64,000 nt of DNA from NCBI GenBank assembly GCA_963664405.1, contig OY761158.1, positions 3,552,001 to 3,616,000 on the forward strand. Direction: 5' to 3'. The notes under the pieces were generated by a model. That model was given only the letters and a program-made list of their open reading frames with translations. It ran no database searches and was not told the DNA's origin. The DNA comes from Thermoanaerobaculia bacterium. GTDB taxonomy: Bacteria > Acidobacteriota > Thermoanaerobaculia > Multivoradales > Multivoraceae. The position numbers and the translations under genes are program-made. Positions 1 to 10,699 of the stretch are shown here, one piece after another (position 1 is the stretch's first letter; every line of letters begins with the position of its first letter).

Positions 1-435
1 GCGGTCTCCCGCGGCGAGGTCTTTGAGGTCGTACTCGATGTTGTGGCGGAAACTCCGGTCTCCCATCTACCTCTGAGGCTGACCTACGACGAGCAGGCGA
101 TCGAGCTGATCGATATCGAAGAAGGGGACTTCCTCGGTGGCGGACAGGAGAGTCAGCTTCTATTCGACACGAGCCGGCCCGGTGTGATCGTTGTCGGCGC
201 CAGTCGACTAGGCCGGAGTCACGGTGTTGCAGGAAGAGGCGAGCTTCTGACCCTTCAGTTTCGGGCACTGCAAAGTGGCGTGGCGGAGGTTGGCTTCGAA
301 AAGAAGCAGGCGCTCAACAGTCTTCTGGAGCAAGTGGGTCCGTTGAGGACCAGCGCCGCCAAGGTAGTGGTTGAAGAGGGGGATGTCGATTCGGGCCGCG
401 AGCCTCTCGAGCTTGCACCCGTTCTCGAGCCCTAG
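1..435 (+). CDS. C-terminal cohesin-like domain, probably the 3' end of a type II secretion secretin (truncated by window edge)
   Basis: Frame 1 is open from base 1; cohesin-like pattern (LTYDEQAIELIDIEEGDFL...GELLTLQFRAL); lies directly upstream of pseudopilin genes. Confidence 0.55.
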   Translation, partial: AVSRGEVFEVVLDVVAETPVSHLPLRLTYDEQAIELIDIEEGDFLGGGQESQLLFDTSRPGVIVVGASRLGRSHGVAGRGELLTLQFRALQSGVAEVGFEKKQALNSLLEQVGPLRTSAAKVVVEEGDVDSGREPLELAPVLEP

Positions 436-452
436 GACTCGAAGAGGGGCTA

Positions 453-965
453 GTGAGAAGTTACGCGGAGCAGGACGGTATGGCGAGGCGACGGTGGTCG
501 CGCGGCCTGCGACTGGACGAAGGCGGCTTCTCGCTGGCCGAGCTGGTCATGGTCTGCGCCCTACTGGGGATCCTTGCCACCATCGCGATGCCGGTTGCCA
601 AGTTCACTCATAAGCGTGTGCAGGAGAACGACCTTCGTCATCATCTGAGAACGATGCGCAATGCGATCGACGAGCACAAGCGATACAGCGATGCTGGCCT
701 GCTGCCGCTGGAGCTGGGGAGCGATGGCTATCCAAAAGACCTGGAGGTTCTCGTCGAGGGCATAGAGGTGGTGGGACAGATCGATCGCAAGATGCGCTTC
801 CTCCGCAAGATTCCGGTGGATCCCTTTACCGGCGAAGCCGAATGGGCGCTGCGTAGCTATCAAGACGAGCCCGACTCCGATAGTTGGGATGGTAAGAATG
901 TGTACGACGTCCACTCGACCAGTGGAAGGATCGGCCTGAATGGCATTCCCTATTCCGAGTGGTGA
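453..965 (+). CDS. GspG-like pseudopilin (prepilin N-methylation domain); alternative start at 480
   Basis: GG|FSLAELV class III signal with E5; YPKDLEVLVEG, FLRKIPVDPF, C-terminal PYSEW. Confidence 0.85.
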   Translation: MRSYAEQDGMARRRWSRGLRLDEGGFSLAELVMVCALLGILATIAMPVAKFTHKRVQENDLRHHLRTMRNAIDEHKRYSDAGLLPLELGSDGYPKDLEVLVEGIEVVGQIDRKMRFLRKIPVDPFTGEAEWALRSYQDEPDSDSWDGKNVYDVHSTSGRIGLNGIPYSEW

Positions 966-1392
966 CACTCACCGGTCTCGGCGTTTCGAGAGGGGGTTCA
1001 CTCTTCTCGAGCTGATTATCGTCATCGCCGTGATCGGCATTCTGGCTACGATCGCCCTGCCGGCGCTACGCAATCTGCCCCGAAGGGCCAACGAGGCGGC
1101 GCTGAAGACCGACCTACGCACGATGAGGGATCTGATCGATCAGTTCTACGGCGATACCGGTAGCTACCCACCGTCACTCGAGGCGCTTGTCGAAGAAGGG
1201 TACTTGCGGTCTGTGCCAATAGACCCGCTCACCAAGTCGCGGGAAACCTGGGTGGTGGAGTATGAGGAGCAGGGCGAGGACGAGTACTTCTTCGAGCCGG
1301 GTCTCGAGGGAGAGGAGGGAGTTGGGATCGTCGATGTCCATTCGGGCTCCGAGCTCCTCAGCTTCGACGGCGAGCCCTACAGCGAATGGTGA
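940..1392 (+). CDS. GspG-like pseudopilin
   Basis: G|FTLLELIIV with E5; YPPSLEALVEEGYLRSVPIDP; ends PYSEW. Confidence 0.85.
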   Translation: MAFPIPSGDTHRSRRFERGFTLLELIIVIAVIGILATIALPALRNLPRRANEAALKTDLRTMRDLIDQFYGDTGSYPPSLEALVEEGYLRSVPIDPLTKSRETWVVEYEEQGEDEYFFEPGLEGEEGVGIVDVHSGSELLSFDGEPYSEW

Positions 1393-2387
1393 GCACCTCG
1401 CGACAGCCTGTCCCCATTGCTCCGCTGCCACGGATCAGGCGGAGATTCGCCGGCCAGGAAGGCTACAACCTGGTGATGTTGGTTGTTGCCATTACGGTGC
1501 TAAACATCCTCGTTGCTTTGATCCTGCCGGTGTGGTCGCACCGGATCCGCCGCGAGAAGGAGGAGGAAGCAATCTTCCGGGGTCTCCAGTACGCCGAGGC
1601 GATTCGCGTGTTTCAGCTTCGCTTCGGACGCTTTCCGACGGCCCTGAAAGAATTGATCGAGGTCGAGCCCCCCTCGATTCGCCAGCTGTGGGAAGACCCA
1701 TTGACGGATCATGGTGAGTTTGGGCTGCTCGTTGACCTTCCCCAGGCTCGTCAAGGGAACGGGAATCAGAATCCACAGGAACTGGGAGGAAACCCGGCCG
1801 CAGACACCGCCCAGAACACACCCCCGAACCAGCCCAACGTGATAGCCGGCATTGGTGTTGGTTCCGGTAACCCAAAGCCTCCGGGAAACCAGCAGCTCAA
1901 CCTCGTCAAGTTGCCTCGCGGCGGCGATGATGGAGAAGAGACTCTCGTACAGGGCGCTGCAATTCATGGTGTCTACATCGACTCGTCCGAGCGGTCGATT
2001 CGTAAATTCATGGAGAAGACCAGCTACGACCAGTGGCTCTTTGCAGTCGAGATGCTGCCGGTGCCCGCCGCTGGGCCGGAGTTGCCGTTGCCGAATGTGC
2101 GAAGCGATTGGATCGGTAAGTCCTTTGCCGAGGGCCTCACCCCGGTTTCGGTGGCGGCAGCGACGAATGTGACTCGGGGGCAGGCCGGTCAGACCAGCCG
2201 GTCGGGCCAAAATGGTCAGTCGGCGGCTGGCGGCTCTAGGCGCCCTCAAGCTGGCGGTGATCAGAACTCGTCGTCGAAGGGTCTCGAAGATGCGAGGAGG
2301 CGTCTTCGCGACCGTCTCGGGAATCGAGATAGGGGAGACTCTAGCAACCGTGGTCGAGGCGGTAGCAGCCGCTTGCGCGGGGACTGA
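1386..2387 (+). CDS. Minor pseudopilin-like protein (no E5) with long low-complexity segments
   Basis: G|YNLVMLVV hydrophobic N-terminus; FPTALKEL...IRQLWEDPLT; N/Q/P-rich middle and G/S/R-rich tail. Confidence 0.7.
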   Translation: MVSTSRQPVPIAPLPRIRRRFAGQEGYNLVMLVVAITVLNILVALILPVWSHRIRREKEEEAIFRGLQYAEAIRVFQLRFGRFPTALKELIEVEPPSIRQLWEDPLTDHGEFGLLVDLPQARQGNGNQNPQELGGNPAADTAQNTPPNQPNVIAGIGVGSGNPKPPGNQQLNLVKLPRGGDDGEETLVQGAAIHGVYIDSSERSIRKFMEKTSYDQWLFAVEMLPVPAAGPELPLPNVRSDWIGKSFAEGLTPVSVAAATNVTRGQAGQTSRSGQNGQSAAGGSRRPQAGGDQNSSSKGLEDARRRLRDRLGNRDRGDSSNRGRGGSSRLRGD

Positions 2388-2423
2388 CGATGACGGCGCG
2401 GCATCTCCATCAGGTGCACTCAG

Positions 2424-2888
2424 ATGGATGAAGTAGCTCCTCCCGCCTTGTGCGTTCGCGTGCATCGTTTGGAGCACGGCTTGGAACTTTCTCTTCCGCA
2501 GGCGGCGTCGGCTGCAAGTGCAGGCTGCGATCTGCGGGCAGCTCTTACGACTCCTCTCACCCTGGGTTCGGGAGATCGAGGTTTGGTGCCTACCGGTATT
2601 GCCGTGGAAATACCCGTGGGCTGGGAGGGACAGGTTCGGCCGCGCAGTGGTTTGGCTCTGCGCCATGGAGTGACAGTTTTGAACGCTCCCGGAACCATCG
2701 ATGCGGACTACCGAGGAGAGATCGGTGTTGTCCTCATCAACCACGGCTCTGAGCCCTTCGTGGTCGAGCGCGGTGCTCGCATTGCCCAGATTGTCTTTGC
2801 GCCGGCGGCCAGAGTGACCTGGGAAGAGACCCTCGTACTCTCGCATAGCTCCAGAGGCGGCGGAGGCTTCGGGTCGACCGGTAGCTAA
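2424..2888 (+). CDS. dut: dUTP diphosphatase
   Basis: SAGCDL, RPRSGLA, GTIDADYRGE and RGGGGFGSTG motifs. Confidence 0.97.
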   Translation: MDEVAPPALCVRVHRLEHGLELSLPQAASAASAGCDLRAALTTPLTLGSGDRGLVPTGIAVEIPVGWEGQVRPRSGLALRHGVTVLNAPGTIDADYRGEIGVVLINHGSEPFVVERGARIAQIVFAPAARVTWEETLVLSHSSRGGGGFGSTGS

Positions 2889-2941
2889 TCCAGGCTGCTT
2901 CGTGGCTTCGGCAGCGGCGCTTTCGCCGCCGTTGGCTTTGG

Positions 2942-3187
2942 CTAGGGGTCAGTGCCCACGGATCGAGTATCGTCGTCGTCTTCGAGTCCGTCGACGATCT
3001 CCTGCAGGAGCTCTTTGAGACCGATGGTGTAAGTGGCGAGGTCGGAGAGGCGTCGTTCCAGCTCCGCAGTGCTTGGACGAACCAGTGATCCCGAAGGGGG
3101 CCGTACCTTGTGGGTCCATTGCTCGTCCAAGTACTCGAGCCTTAGTTTGATGTCTCTGAGGCGCTTATGTTCCATTGAGTCCACCAC
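2942..3187 (-). CDS. Hypothetical small helical protein
   Basis: 81-aa ORF filling the gap between dut and algH; amphipathic helices. Confidence 0.55.
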   Translation of the reverse strand: MVDSMEHKRLRDIKLRLEYLDEQWTHKVRPPSGSLVRPSTAELERRLSDLATYTIGLKELLQEIVDGLEDDDDTRSVGTDP

Positions 3188-3220
3188 CTCGGGAGGGCCG
3201 CTCGGCCCAGGCCGGTTTGC

Positions 3221-3802
3221 TCAGTTCGCAGATCCGTTTCCGCTGGGCGTCCAGGAAGGGAGGGTCGCGGGATTGACGCCAACGGACTGGAGCGTACGCT
3301 CCCATGCGTCGGCGGGCTGACTATGGAAGATGAGCTCATCCTGAACCGGCGCGGTGAGCCAGTCGTTGCGAAGGATCTCTTTCATCAGCTGCTCCTCGCC
3401 CCAGCCCGCGTAACCGAGAACCAAGCGCAGATGCGGCGGCGGGTCCTTGGCGAGAACGGCGAGGTCACCAAAGTGTTGGGTGGTCGCGACCCCTGGCCAG
3501 ATCTCTGCAGCGGCACTGAGCCCCTGCGCATCACTCGGAGCGGAGCACAGGACGGTGCCGAGCTGGGGTCGAACCGGACCTCCGAAGTAGGCGAGCGCCT
3601 CCCTGCTCCCAGCCCACTCGATCTCCATGCTTTCGAGAATATCGGTGACAAGCAGCTCGGTAGGACGGTTGATGATGAGGCCGAAACTACCCTCGTCATC
3701 GTGGTGGAGGAGAAGCACGACGCTGCGATGGAAGATGGGGTCCCGCACCTGCGGCATCGCCGCCAGAAGCATCGGTGGATCGATCCCGTCGTGGATGCCC
3801 AT
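3221..3802 (-). CDS. YqgE/AlgH family protein
   Basis: LLAAMP..DPIFHRSVV, GLIINRP, GGPV, GYAGW..QL..EI..NDWL. Confidence 0.93.
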   Translation of the reverse strand: MGIHDGIDPPMLLAAMPQVRDPIFHRSVVLLLHHDDEGSFGLIINRPTELLVTDILESMEIEWAGSREALAYFGGPVRPQLGTVLCSAPSDAQGLSAAAEIWPGVATTQHFGDLAVLAKDPPPHLRLVLGYAGWGEEQLMKEILRNDWLTAPVQDELIFHSQPADAWERTLQSVGVNPATLPSWTPSGNGSAN

Positions 3803-3927
3803 GCGGCGATCATAACCTGGAGAGGTGGCCGTTTCTCGCTGCAGGGCGGCGCTTCTTGCTGGTAAAGTAGGAGTTCGGCCGCTGGGAAATCACTCCATTG
3901 GCTGGTCCCTCCGGGAGAATGAGATAG

Positions 3928-6666
3928 ATGAAGGATTCCTTTGCCACAGTGCGTACGCTCGATCTCGGTGGTGAGCGCGCGCAGATCGCCCACTTGCCCT
4001 CTTTAGAGAAGCAGGGCTTCAACCTTTCGCGCCTTCCCTACTCTTTGCGCATCCTGCTCGAGAACCTGCTTCGGCGAGAGGACGGCGAAGTCGTGCCGGC
4101 GTCGGATATCGAGGCTGTAGCCCGCTGGGAGGCAGCCGCCACTCCGGATGTGGAGATTGCATTCATGCCTGCCCGTGTGCTGTTGCAGGACTTCACCGGC
4201 GTTCCTGCAGTCGCCGATCTCGCCGCCATGCGCGACGCCATGAAAGAGCTTGGCGGCGACGCCCGCAAGATCAATCCCCTACAGCCGGCCGAGCTGGTGA
4301 TCGATCATTCGGTGCAAGTTGACGAGTACGGGAGCGCGGCTGCGTTTCTCATCAACGCGGACAAGGAGATGGAACGCAACCGTGAGCGTTACGCATTCTT
4401 GCGCTGGGGACAGAACGCCTTCCAGAACTTCAGGGTAGTGCCGCCCGATACCGGCATCGTGCATCAGGTGAATCTCGAATACCTGGCCAGAGTGGTGATG
4501 ATCGGCAGCGGGGCTGATGGCGAGAAGTGGGCCTACCCCGACACTCTGGTGGGTACCGACTCCCATACAACGATGATCAACGGCTTGGGAGTTCTGGGAT
4601 GGGGCGTTGGAGGGATCGAGGCCGAGGCCGCAATGCTGGGACAGCCGGTTTCTATGTTGGTGCCTCAGGTCGTCGGCTTTCGCCTGGTCGGAGAGCTCAA
4701 AGAGGGCACCACAGCTACCGATCTGGTGCTCACCGTGACCGAGCAGCTGCGGGCGCACGGTGTGGTGGGTAAATTCGTCGAATTCTTCGGTCCCAGCTTG
4801 GCGGCCCTTTCGGTCGCCGATCGCGCGACTCTTGCCAATATGGCTCCGGAGTACGGCGCGACCTGCGGCATCTTCCCTGTTGACGACGCCACCCTTCAGT
4901 ATCTTCGTCTCACGAGTCGACCGGCGGAGCAGATCAGCGCCATCGAGGCCTACACCAAGGAGCAGGGCCTGTTCCACAGTGCAGACTCGCCGCAGGCCGA
5001 CTACACCTCGGTGTTGGAGCTTGACTTGGGTAGCGTCGTTCCAAGCCTCGCCGGCCCTCGACGTCCGCAGGACCGGATCTCGTTGACCGATGTAAAGCCG
5101 GCTTTTAACCGCGATCTTCCCGGTCTTAAGGGAGCCGCACCGTCGGCTCCTCAGGGTGGTGGTGTGGCCGTCGCCGCTGAAGTGGAGAGGCCCCAGGTCT
5201 TGACCTCGCTAGGCGGCGAGGAGTTCACTCTCACCCACGGCTCGGTAGTGATCGCTGCCATTACCAGCTGCACCAATACTTCCAATCCTTCGGTGATGGT
5301 GGCTGCCGGCCTCGTTGCCAAGAAGGCTGTGGAGCTCGGCCTCGAGACGCGTCCATGGGTCAAGACCAGTCTTGCACCGGGCTCCAAGGTGGTGACGGAC
5401 TATCTTCGTGAGTCTGGGCTGACTCCCTATCTGGACAAGCTCGGTTTCAACCTCGTCGGTTACGGTTGTACTACCTGTATCGGCAACAGCGGGCCTCTGC
5501 GGGAGGAGATCTCCGAGGCTGTGCGCGAGGGCGATCTGGTTGCGGTATCGGTGCTCAGCGGTAACCGCAACTTCGAGGGTCGGATCTCGCCCGACGTGCG
5601 AGCCAATTATCTCGCCTCGCCGCCCTTGGTCGTTGCCTATGCGCTCGCCGGATCCGTCGACATCGATCTCCACCAAGATCCGTTGGGTCAGACGGAGGAT
5701 GGAACTCCGATCTACCTACGCGACATCTGGCCCACTGGGCGTGAAATAGCCGACACCGTCGCGCGGGTGCTGCACTCCGACATGTTTCACAAGCAGTACA
5801 GCGATGTCTTCGCCGGCGACGAGTCTTGGAACGAGCTAGAAGTGCCCGAGGGCAACAACTATCGATGGGAAGACGACTCGACCTATGTGCGCCAGCCGCC
5901 TTTCTTTGGCGGCATGCCGAAGGAGCCGGGGCCAGCGCGCGACCTCCATGGATGTCGCGCGCTGGCGGTTCTGGGGCGGTCAGTAACCACAGATCACATC
6001 TCGCCGGCCGGGACGATCAAGGTCGACAGCCCTGCCGGTCGTTATCTGACCGAGAAGGGTGTCGATCCTGGGGACTTCAATAGCTATGGCTCTCGCCGGG
6101 GCAATCACGAAGTCATGATGCGCGGTACCTTTGCCAACATCCGGTTGAGAAACCTCCTGGTGCCCGGGGTCGAGGGCGGGTTCACGAGGCATCTGCCGAG
6201 TGGAGAGGAGATGACGATCTTCGACGCGTCGATGCGCTACCAAGAGGACGGAGTACCACTGGTCGTCTTTGCCGGGCGGGAGTATGGAACCGGCTCATCG
6301 CGAGACTGGGCAGCCAAGGGACCGCTTCTCCTCGGCGTGCGCGCCGTGATCGCGGAGAGCTACGAGCGCATCCATCGCAGCAATCTGGTCGGGATGGGAA
6401 TAGCGCCGCTCGAGTTTCAGGCCGGCGACTCGGTGGAGAGCCTAGGACTGAGCGGGGCGGAAACCTTCGATATCGTTGGCCTGAGCGAGGCACTCGAGGG
6501 TGACTTCTGCCCCGGTTGCCCGATCCAGGTTGTCGCACACCGCGATGACGGTACTGCCCTCGAGCTGACCGTCAACCTGCGTCTCGATACGCCGCAGGAG
6601 GCGCTCTACTACCAGCACGGAGGCATTCTCTGCTACGTCCTCCGGCAGCTTCGGGGTCAGGGCTGA
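3928..6666 (+). CDS. acnA: Aconitate hydratase AcnA
   Basis: [52 protein letters not shown]. Confidence 0.98.
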   Translation: MKDSFATVRTLDLGGERAQIAHLPSLEKQGFNLSRLPYSLRILLENLLRREDGEVVPASDIEAVARWEAAATPDVEIAFMPARVLLQDFTGVPAVADLAAMRDAMKELGGDARKINPLQPAELVIDHSVQVDEYGSAAAFLINADKEMERNRERYAFLRWGQNAFQNFRVVPPDTGIVHQVNLEYLARVVMIGSGADGEKWAYPDTLVGTDSHTTMINGLGVLGWGVGGIEAEAAMLGQPVSMLVPQVVGFRLVGELKEGTTATDLVLTVTEQLRAHGVVGKFVEFFGPSLAALSVADRATLANMAPEYGATCGIFPVDDATLQYLRLTSRPAEQISAIEAYTKEQGLFHSADSPQADYTSVLELDLGSVVPSLAGPRRPQDRISLTDVKPAFNRDLPGLKGAAPSAPQGGGVAVAAEVERPQVLTSLGGEEFTLTHGSVVIAAITSCTNTSNPSVMVAAGLVAKKAVELGLETRPWVKTSLAPGSKVVTDYLRESGLTPYLDKLGFNLVGYGCTTCIGNSGPLREEISEAVREGDLVAVSVLSGNRNFEGRISPDVRANYLASPPLVVAYALAGSVDIDLHQDPLGQTEDGTPIYLRDIWPTGREIADTVARVLHSDMFHKQYSDVFAGDESWNELEVPEGNNYRWEDDSTYVRQPPFFGGMPKEPGPARDLHGCRALAVLGRSVTTDHISPAGTIKVDSPAGRYLTEKGVDPGDFNSYGSRRGNHEVMMRGTFANIRLRNLLVPGVEGGFTRHLPSGEEMTIFDASMRYQEDGVPLVVFAGREYGTGSSRDWAAKGPLLLGVRAVIAESYERIHRSNLVGMGIAPLEFQAGDSVESLGLSGAETFDIVGLSEALEGDFCPGCPIQVVAHRDDGTALELTVNLRLDTPQEALYYQHGGILCYVLRQLRGQG

Positions 6667-6677
6667 AAGACTCGCGA

Positions 6678-7319
6678 GTGCGGCTGAAGATCAACGAGAT
6701 CTTCTATTCGATCCAGGGGGAGTCCACGTTCGCCGGGCTGCCATGCGTTCTAGTCCGCCTCACCGGTTGCCAGATGCGGTGCCGATGGTGCGACAGCCCC
6801 TACAGCTTCTACCAGGGTGAGTGGAAGAGTCTCGCTCAGACAGTGGCTGAGATTGCGGACTTCGGGTGCTCCTTGGTCGAGGTCACCGGCGGTGAGCCGT
6901 TACTTCAGCCTGGTGCGCTTCCGCTGCTCGAGACTCTTTGTGATGAAGGTTATGAAGTGCTTCTCGAAACCGGGGGCGGGCTGGACATCTCTCGGGTTGA
7001 CGAGAGGGTTCACCGCATCCTCGATGTGAAGTGTCCTGGGAGTGGCGAGGCGGAAAACAATCACTGGCCGAACCTCGGGGGCTTGCGCGACCGGGACCAG
7101 GTCAAGTTCGTGCTTAGTGGCCGAGCCGACTACGAATGGGCCAGAGACGTGCTGACTCGTCATCGCCTCGAAGGTGTGTGCCCTATTCTGCTGTCGCCGG
7201 TTCACGGTGAGCTCGCGATTGAGGATTTAGCGGCCTGGGTCTTGGAGGATGGGCTCGCGGTTCGCGTCCAGCTGCAGTTGCATAAGGCGATTTGGGGAGC
7301 GGAGGCGACTGGTGTATAG
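6678..7319 (+). CDS. queE: 7-carboxy-7-deazaguanine synthase (radical SAM)
   Basis: EIFYSIQGE, CxxxCxxC (CQMRCRWC), TGGEPLLQ, QLQLHK. Confidence 0.92.
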   Translation: MRLKINEIFYSIQGESTFAGLPCVLVRLTGCQMRCRWCDSPYSFYQGEWKSLAQTVAEIADFGCSLVEVTGGEPLLQPGALPLLETLCDEGYEVLLETGGGLDISRVDERVHRILDVKCPGSGEAENNHWPNLGGLRDRDQVKFVLSGRADYEWARDVLTRHRLEGVCPILLSPVHGELAIEDLAAWVLEDGLAVRVQLQLHKAIWGAEATGV

Positions 7320-7458
7320 GACCGAGACGATCGTCAACCGCATCAGGAATTCCTTGCGCCGGTGCGAGGCCAACGCTAGAATTCGGCTCCTCGGCAGGCT
7401 TCCGTGAAAAGGGTCGTGGGCTTGGTGTATCGGACTCCAGAGGAAGGGTGAATATCGA

Positions 7459-8727
7459 ATGAAGACGGCGAAAGTGATCCTCGACGGCAAAGAATACGAG
7501 CTACCAGTGCTCGTCGGGGCCGAAGGCGAGGTGGGGATCGATACTCTTTCTTTGCGCTCCCAGACTGGGGCGATTACCTACGATCCGGGGTTCGGAAGCA
7601 CAGGATCCTGCAAGAGCTCGATCACCTTCATCAATGGCGAAGAGGGCATTCTTCGCTATCGGGGATACCCGATCGAAGAGCTGTGCCAGGGGGCCCGCTT
7701 CACCGAAGTCGCTTATCTCTTGATCAACGGCGAGCTGCCGGACAAAGACCAGCTGCACCGATTCCGTCACGACTTGAATCACCACAGCCTTCTTCATGAG
7801 GACATGAAGAAGTTCCTCGACGGATTCACCGCGACTTCGCATCCGATGGTCATCCTCGCCTCCATGGTTGCGGCGCTGTCCACCTACTACAGTGACGATC
7901 CGGAGGAGACCGATCTCAACATCATTCGATTGCTGTCGAAGGCCAAGACGATAGCCGCCTTCTCCTACAAAAAGTCGATCGGGCATCCCTTCATCTATCC
8001 GCAAAACGCCCTCAGCTACACAGAGCAGTTCTTGCACATGATGTTCGCCGTGCCCGCCGAGCCTTACGAGTTCTCTCCCACGGTCGATCGTGCGCTCAAC
8101 CTTCTGCTGATCTTGCACGCCGACCACGAGCAAAATTGCAGTACCTCCACCGTGAGGATGGTGGGCTCGAGTCAGGCCAACATGTTCGCTTCGATCGCCG
8201 CGGCGATCTTCGCCCTCTGGGGCCCGCTCCATGGCGGTGCCAACCAACAGGTGATCGAGATGTTGGCGACCATCCGCGACGACGGCGGCGACTACAAGAA
8301 GTTCGTGAATCTCGCCAAAGACAAGGACTCGAACTTCCGTCTGATGGGCTTCGGCCATCGCGTCTACAAGAACTTCGACCCGCGGGCGAGAATCGTCAAA
8401 GGCGCTGCGGACGCAGTGCTCGACGAGCTCGGAGTCGACGACCCGCTGCTCGACATAGCCAGAAACCTCGAAGAGGTAGCACTCAGCGACTCCTACTTCG
8501 TCGAGAGAAAGCTCTATCCCAACGTCGACTTCTACAGCGGCATCCTCTACCGAGCGATGGGCATCCCCACCGACATGTTCACCGTCATGTTCGCCCTCGG
8601 CCGCCTCCCCGGCTGGATCGCCCACTGGAAAGAGATGAAGGGCGATCCCGACAGCCGCATCAACCGCCCCCGCCAGATCTACACCGGCCCAGAGCAGCGC
8701 AGCTTCGTTCCTCTGGATCAGCGGTAG
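7459..8727 (+). CDS. gltA: Citrate synthase
   Basis: YDPGF, HADHEQNCST, GPLHGGAN, GFGHRVYKNFDPR, YPNVDFYSG. Confidence 0.98.
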   Translation: MKTAKVILDGKEYELPVLVGAEGEVGIDTLSLRSQTGAITYDPGFGSTGSCKSSITFINGEEGILRYRGYPIEELCQGARFTEVAYLLINGELPDKDQLHRFRHDLNHHSLLHEDMKKFLDGFTATSHPMVILASMVAALSTYYSDDPEETDLNIIRLLSKAKTIAAFSYKKSIGHPFIYPQNALSYTEQFLHMMFAVPAEPYEFSPTVDRALNLLLILHADHEQNCSTSTVRMVGSSQANMFASIAAAIFALWGPLHGGANQQVIEMLATIRDDGGDYKKFVNLAKDKDSNFRLMGFGHRVYKNFDPRARIVKGAADAVLDELGVDDPLLDIARNLEEVALSDSYFVERKLYPNVDFYSGILYRAMGIPTDMFTVMFALGRLPGWIAHWKEMKGDPDSRINRPRQIYTGPEQRSFVPLDQR

Positions 8728-8938
8728 TCTCTCCGGCGGGTCCTCTCCGCTGGGGCGCTCCTGCGAGGCGCTTTCGCGAGGGCGCCGGAGGCAGACGGGG
8801 GCTCCACCGAGGGACCGGCCGCCGTTCCCCTTCCGCAGCACCCCGCCCCCCCCGGCCCCCCGCGTGACAGAGTTGCGCCTTCGGAGGCCCCAGCTACGAC
8901 CCCCTCCGCTCGCGGCCTCGCTCCAGAGCCTCGCGGCG

Positions 8939-9313
8939 TTACATGTGGAATCGCTTGAGGGAGTGGTGGAGTCGGTCTCGGAAGCGTTCGAAGCGCTGCC
9001 AGGCTGCCGGCCAGGGGCGGAAGATTCTCTGCATCCAGCGGTGGATGGTCTCGCTGGTTAGCGAGAGGACGGCGGCGCCGAGGACCAGGGTGAGGATGCC
9101 TTGGAGGCCGGGGAGGGCCAATCCGAGGAGGCCGACCAATAAGAGGAGCCAGCCGGCGAAGTAGAGAAGGATGCGCACCGATACCGGTAGAGCTGGCCGC
9201 CCCCCTGCCGATGGCTGAGGTTCGGGTGCCGAGAGGGCCGATGGCTCTTCTGGGCAGGTTTCTGGGGAGGGTTCGGTATCGGTGGTCGGCATGATGGTCA
9301 GGTTGGCTGTCAT
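8939..9313 (-). CDS. Small membrane protein, PGPGW-like family
   Basis: Hydrophobic hairpin GWLLLLVGLLGLALPGLQGILTL; ATG at 9313 preferred over the longer ORF that overlaps fur. Confidence 0.65.
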   Translation of the reverse strand: MTANLTIMPTTDTEPSPETCPEEPSALSAPEPQPSAGGRPALPVSVRILLYFAGWLLLLVGLLGLALPGLQGILTLVLGAAVLSLTSETIHRWMQRIFRPWPAAWQRFERFRDRLHHSLKRFHM

Positions 9314-9410
9314 CGTCTGACGGCCCGCACGGTACAGAATATCAACATGGGAGCACTGAGTCGGCTGTTGACACCCGCCTTTTGGTGGAGAAGGATGAGG
9401 AGGCTGGGAG

Positions 9411-9872
9411 ATGATGATCTTGTCAGCCACTCCCGAAAAAGAACGTTTCATCCGCTTCATCCGTCGGCGCGGCCTCCGTCTGACCCCGGAGCGCCTTGCT
9501 TTCTTCGATGAGATCTACTCTCAGCACGGTCACATCGATGCCGACGAGCTGCTGCGCCGGATGAAGGCGAGGGGGCTCAAGACTTCACGAGCGACGGTCT
9601 ATCGCAGCCTCGACCTGCTCGTGGACTGCGGTCTGGTTCGAAAGCATCGCCTGCCCTCCGGTGGACGGGTCTATGAGCACGAGCATGTCGGTCAGCGACA
9701 CGACCATCTTGTGTGTCGGGTGTGCGGTCGTGTGGTCGAATTCGTCAGCCCTGGGATCGCCGCCATGCAGGCGGAGATTTGTCGTGCACACGACTTCGAG
9801 CCGGATCTGCACAGCCTGCAGATCGTCGGTATGTGCACTCCATGCGCGCAAAAGGGCCAGCGAGTTGTGTGA
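9411..9872 (+). CDS. fur: Fur family transcriptional regulator
   Basis: GLRLTPER, SRATVYRSL, HDHLVCRVC, C-terminal CxxC. Confidence 0.9.
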   Translation: MMILSATPEKERFIRFIRRRGLRLTPERLAFFDEIYSQHGHIDADELLRRMKARGLKTSRATVYRSLDLLVDCGLVRKHRLPSGGRVYEHEHVGQRHDHLVCRVCGRVVEFVSPGIAAMQAEICRAHDFEPDLHSLQIVGMCTPCAQKGQRVV

Positions 9873-9892
9873 CGAACTACTGGTACAGGACA

Positions 9893-10699
9893 CTAGATCA
9901 GCGCTCCGGGTAGAAGTCTTCCTTCTGCCACCAATCGTGCATCGCCGATGAGCTCCCATTCGAGAACCCGGCCGCCCTCACTCCGACCCTCGACCCTCAT
10001 CGTGAAGCCACCCCGCGTTTCGACGGCTGTCGGAAGCTCTGTGCGCTCCGCCTCCAGTCCAGCTGCGACGACCGCCAGGACTCCAGTGCCGCAGGCGAGC
10101 GTTTCTCCTTCGATACCGCGCTCGAAACTGCGCACCGCGACTCGGCTCCCCGCCGTGAACGAGACGAAGTCGACGTTGGCTCCTTCACTGCCGAGCGTTG
10201 GGTGGCTTCGCAGCTGAGGCCCCAAGCGCTCTACAGGTAGCTGCGCCAAGTCCTCGCCGTGGCAAGTGACGAAGTGTGGCGTGCCCACCCTCACCAGCCA
10301 GCCGGCAAAGCTGCCTTCGTCGGTAGCCAAGGTGCAAGCGCGGGCTGCACTCGGGAGCGGCGCTTCGACCCCCACGGTGGTGCCATCGACCTGGCGAGCA
10401 CGAAGTGGACCCGCACCGGTATTTAGGGTCAGCGTCTCCTCGGCCCAACCGAGGTGAAATGAGAGACGTGCCGCGCATCGAGTGCCGTTGATGCAGAGGT
10501 CGGCTTCGCCCCCGTCCGAGTTCCAATACCGCATCTCTATTCCGTTCGCTCGACGATGGAGGGCAAAGAGGCCGTCGGCACCGATCGACAGCCCCCTGCG
10601 GCACCACTGGCGGATGGTGTCGGCGGAGGGCTCGGCGTCGGGCTCTGCCAAGGCGATGAAATCGTTGCCGCCGCCCGAGAGCTTGAAGTAGGGGGTCAT
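9893..10699 (-). CDS. dapF: Diaminopimelate epimerase
   Basis: GGGNDF, GADG, NSDG..A.LCING.RC, ERGIEGETLACGTG. Confidence 0.95.
   Translation of the reverse strand: MTPYFKLSGGGNDFIALAEPDAEPSADTIRQWCRRGLSIGADGLFALHRRANGIEMRYWNSDGGEADLCINGTRCAARLSFHLGWAEETLTLNTGAGPLRARQVDGTTVGVEAPLPSAARACTLATDEGSFAGWLVRVGTPHFVTCHGEDLAQLPVERLGPQLRSHPTLGSEGANVDFVSFTAGSRVAVRSFERGIEGETLACGTGVLAVVAAGLEAERTELPTAVETRGGFTMRVEGRSEGGRVLEWELIGDARLVAEGRLLPGALI

Noticed and set aside
6678-7319. queE as part of a 7-deazaguanine DNA modification (dpd) system
   Set aside because: No dpdA/tgt-like, queC or queD genes nearby; it lies among TCA genes
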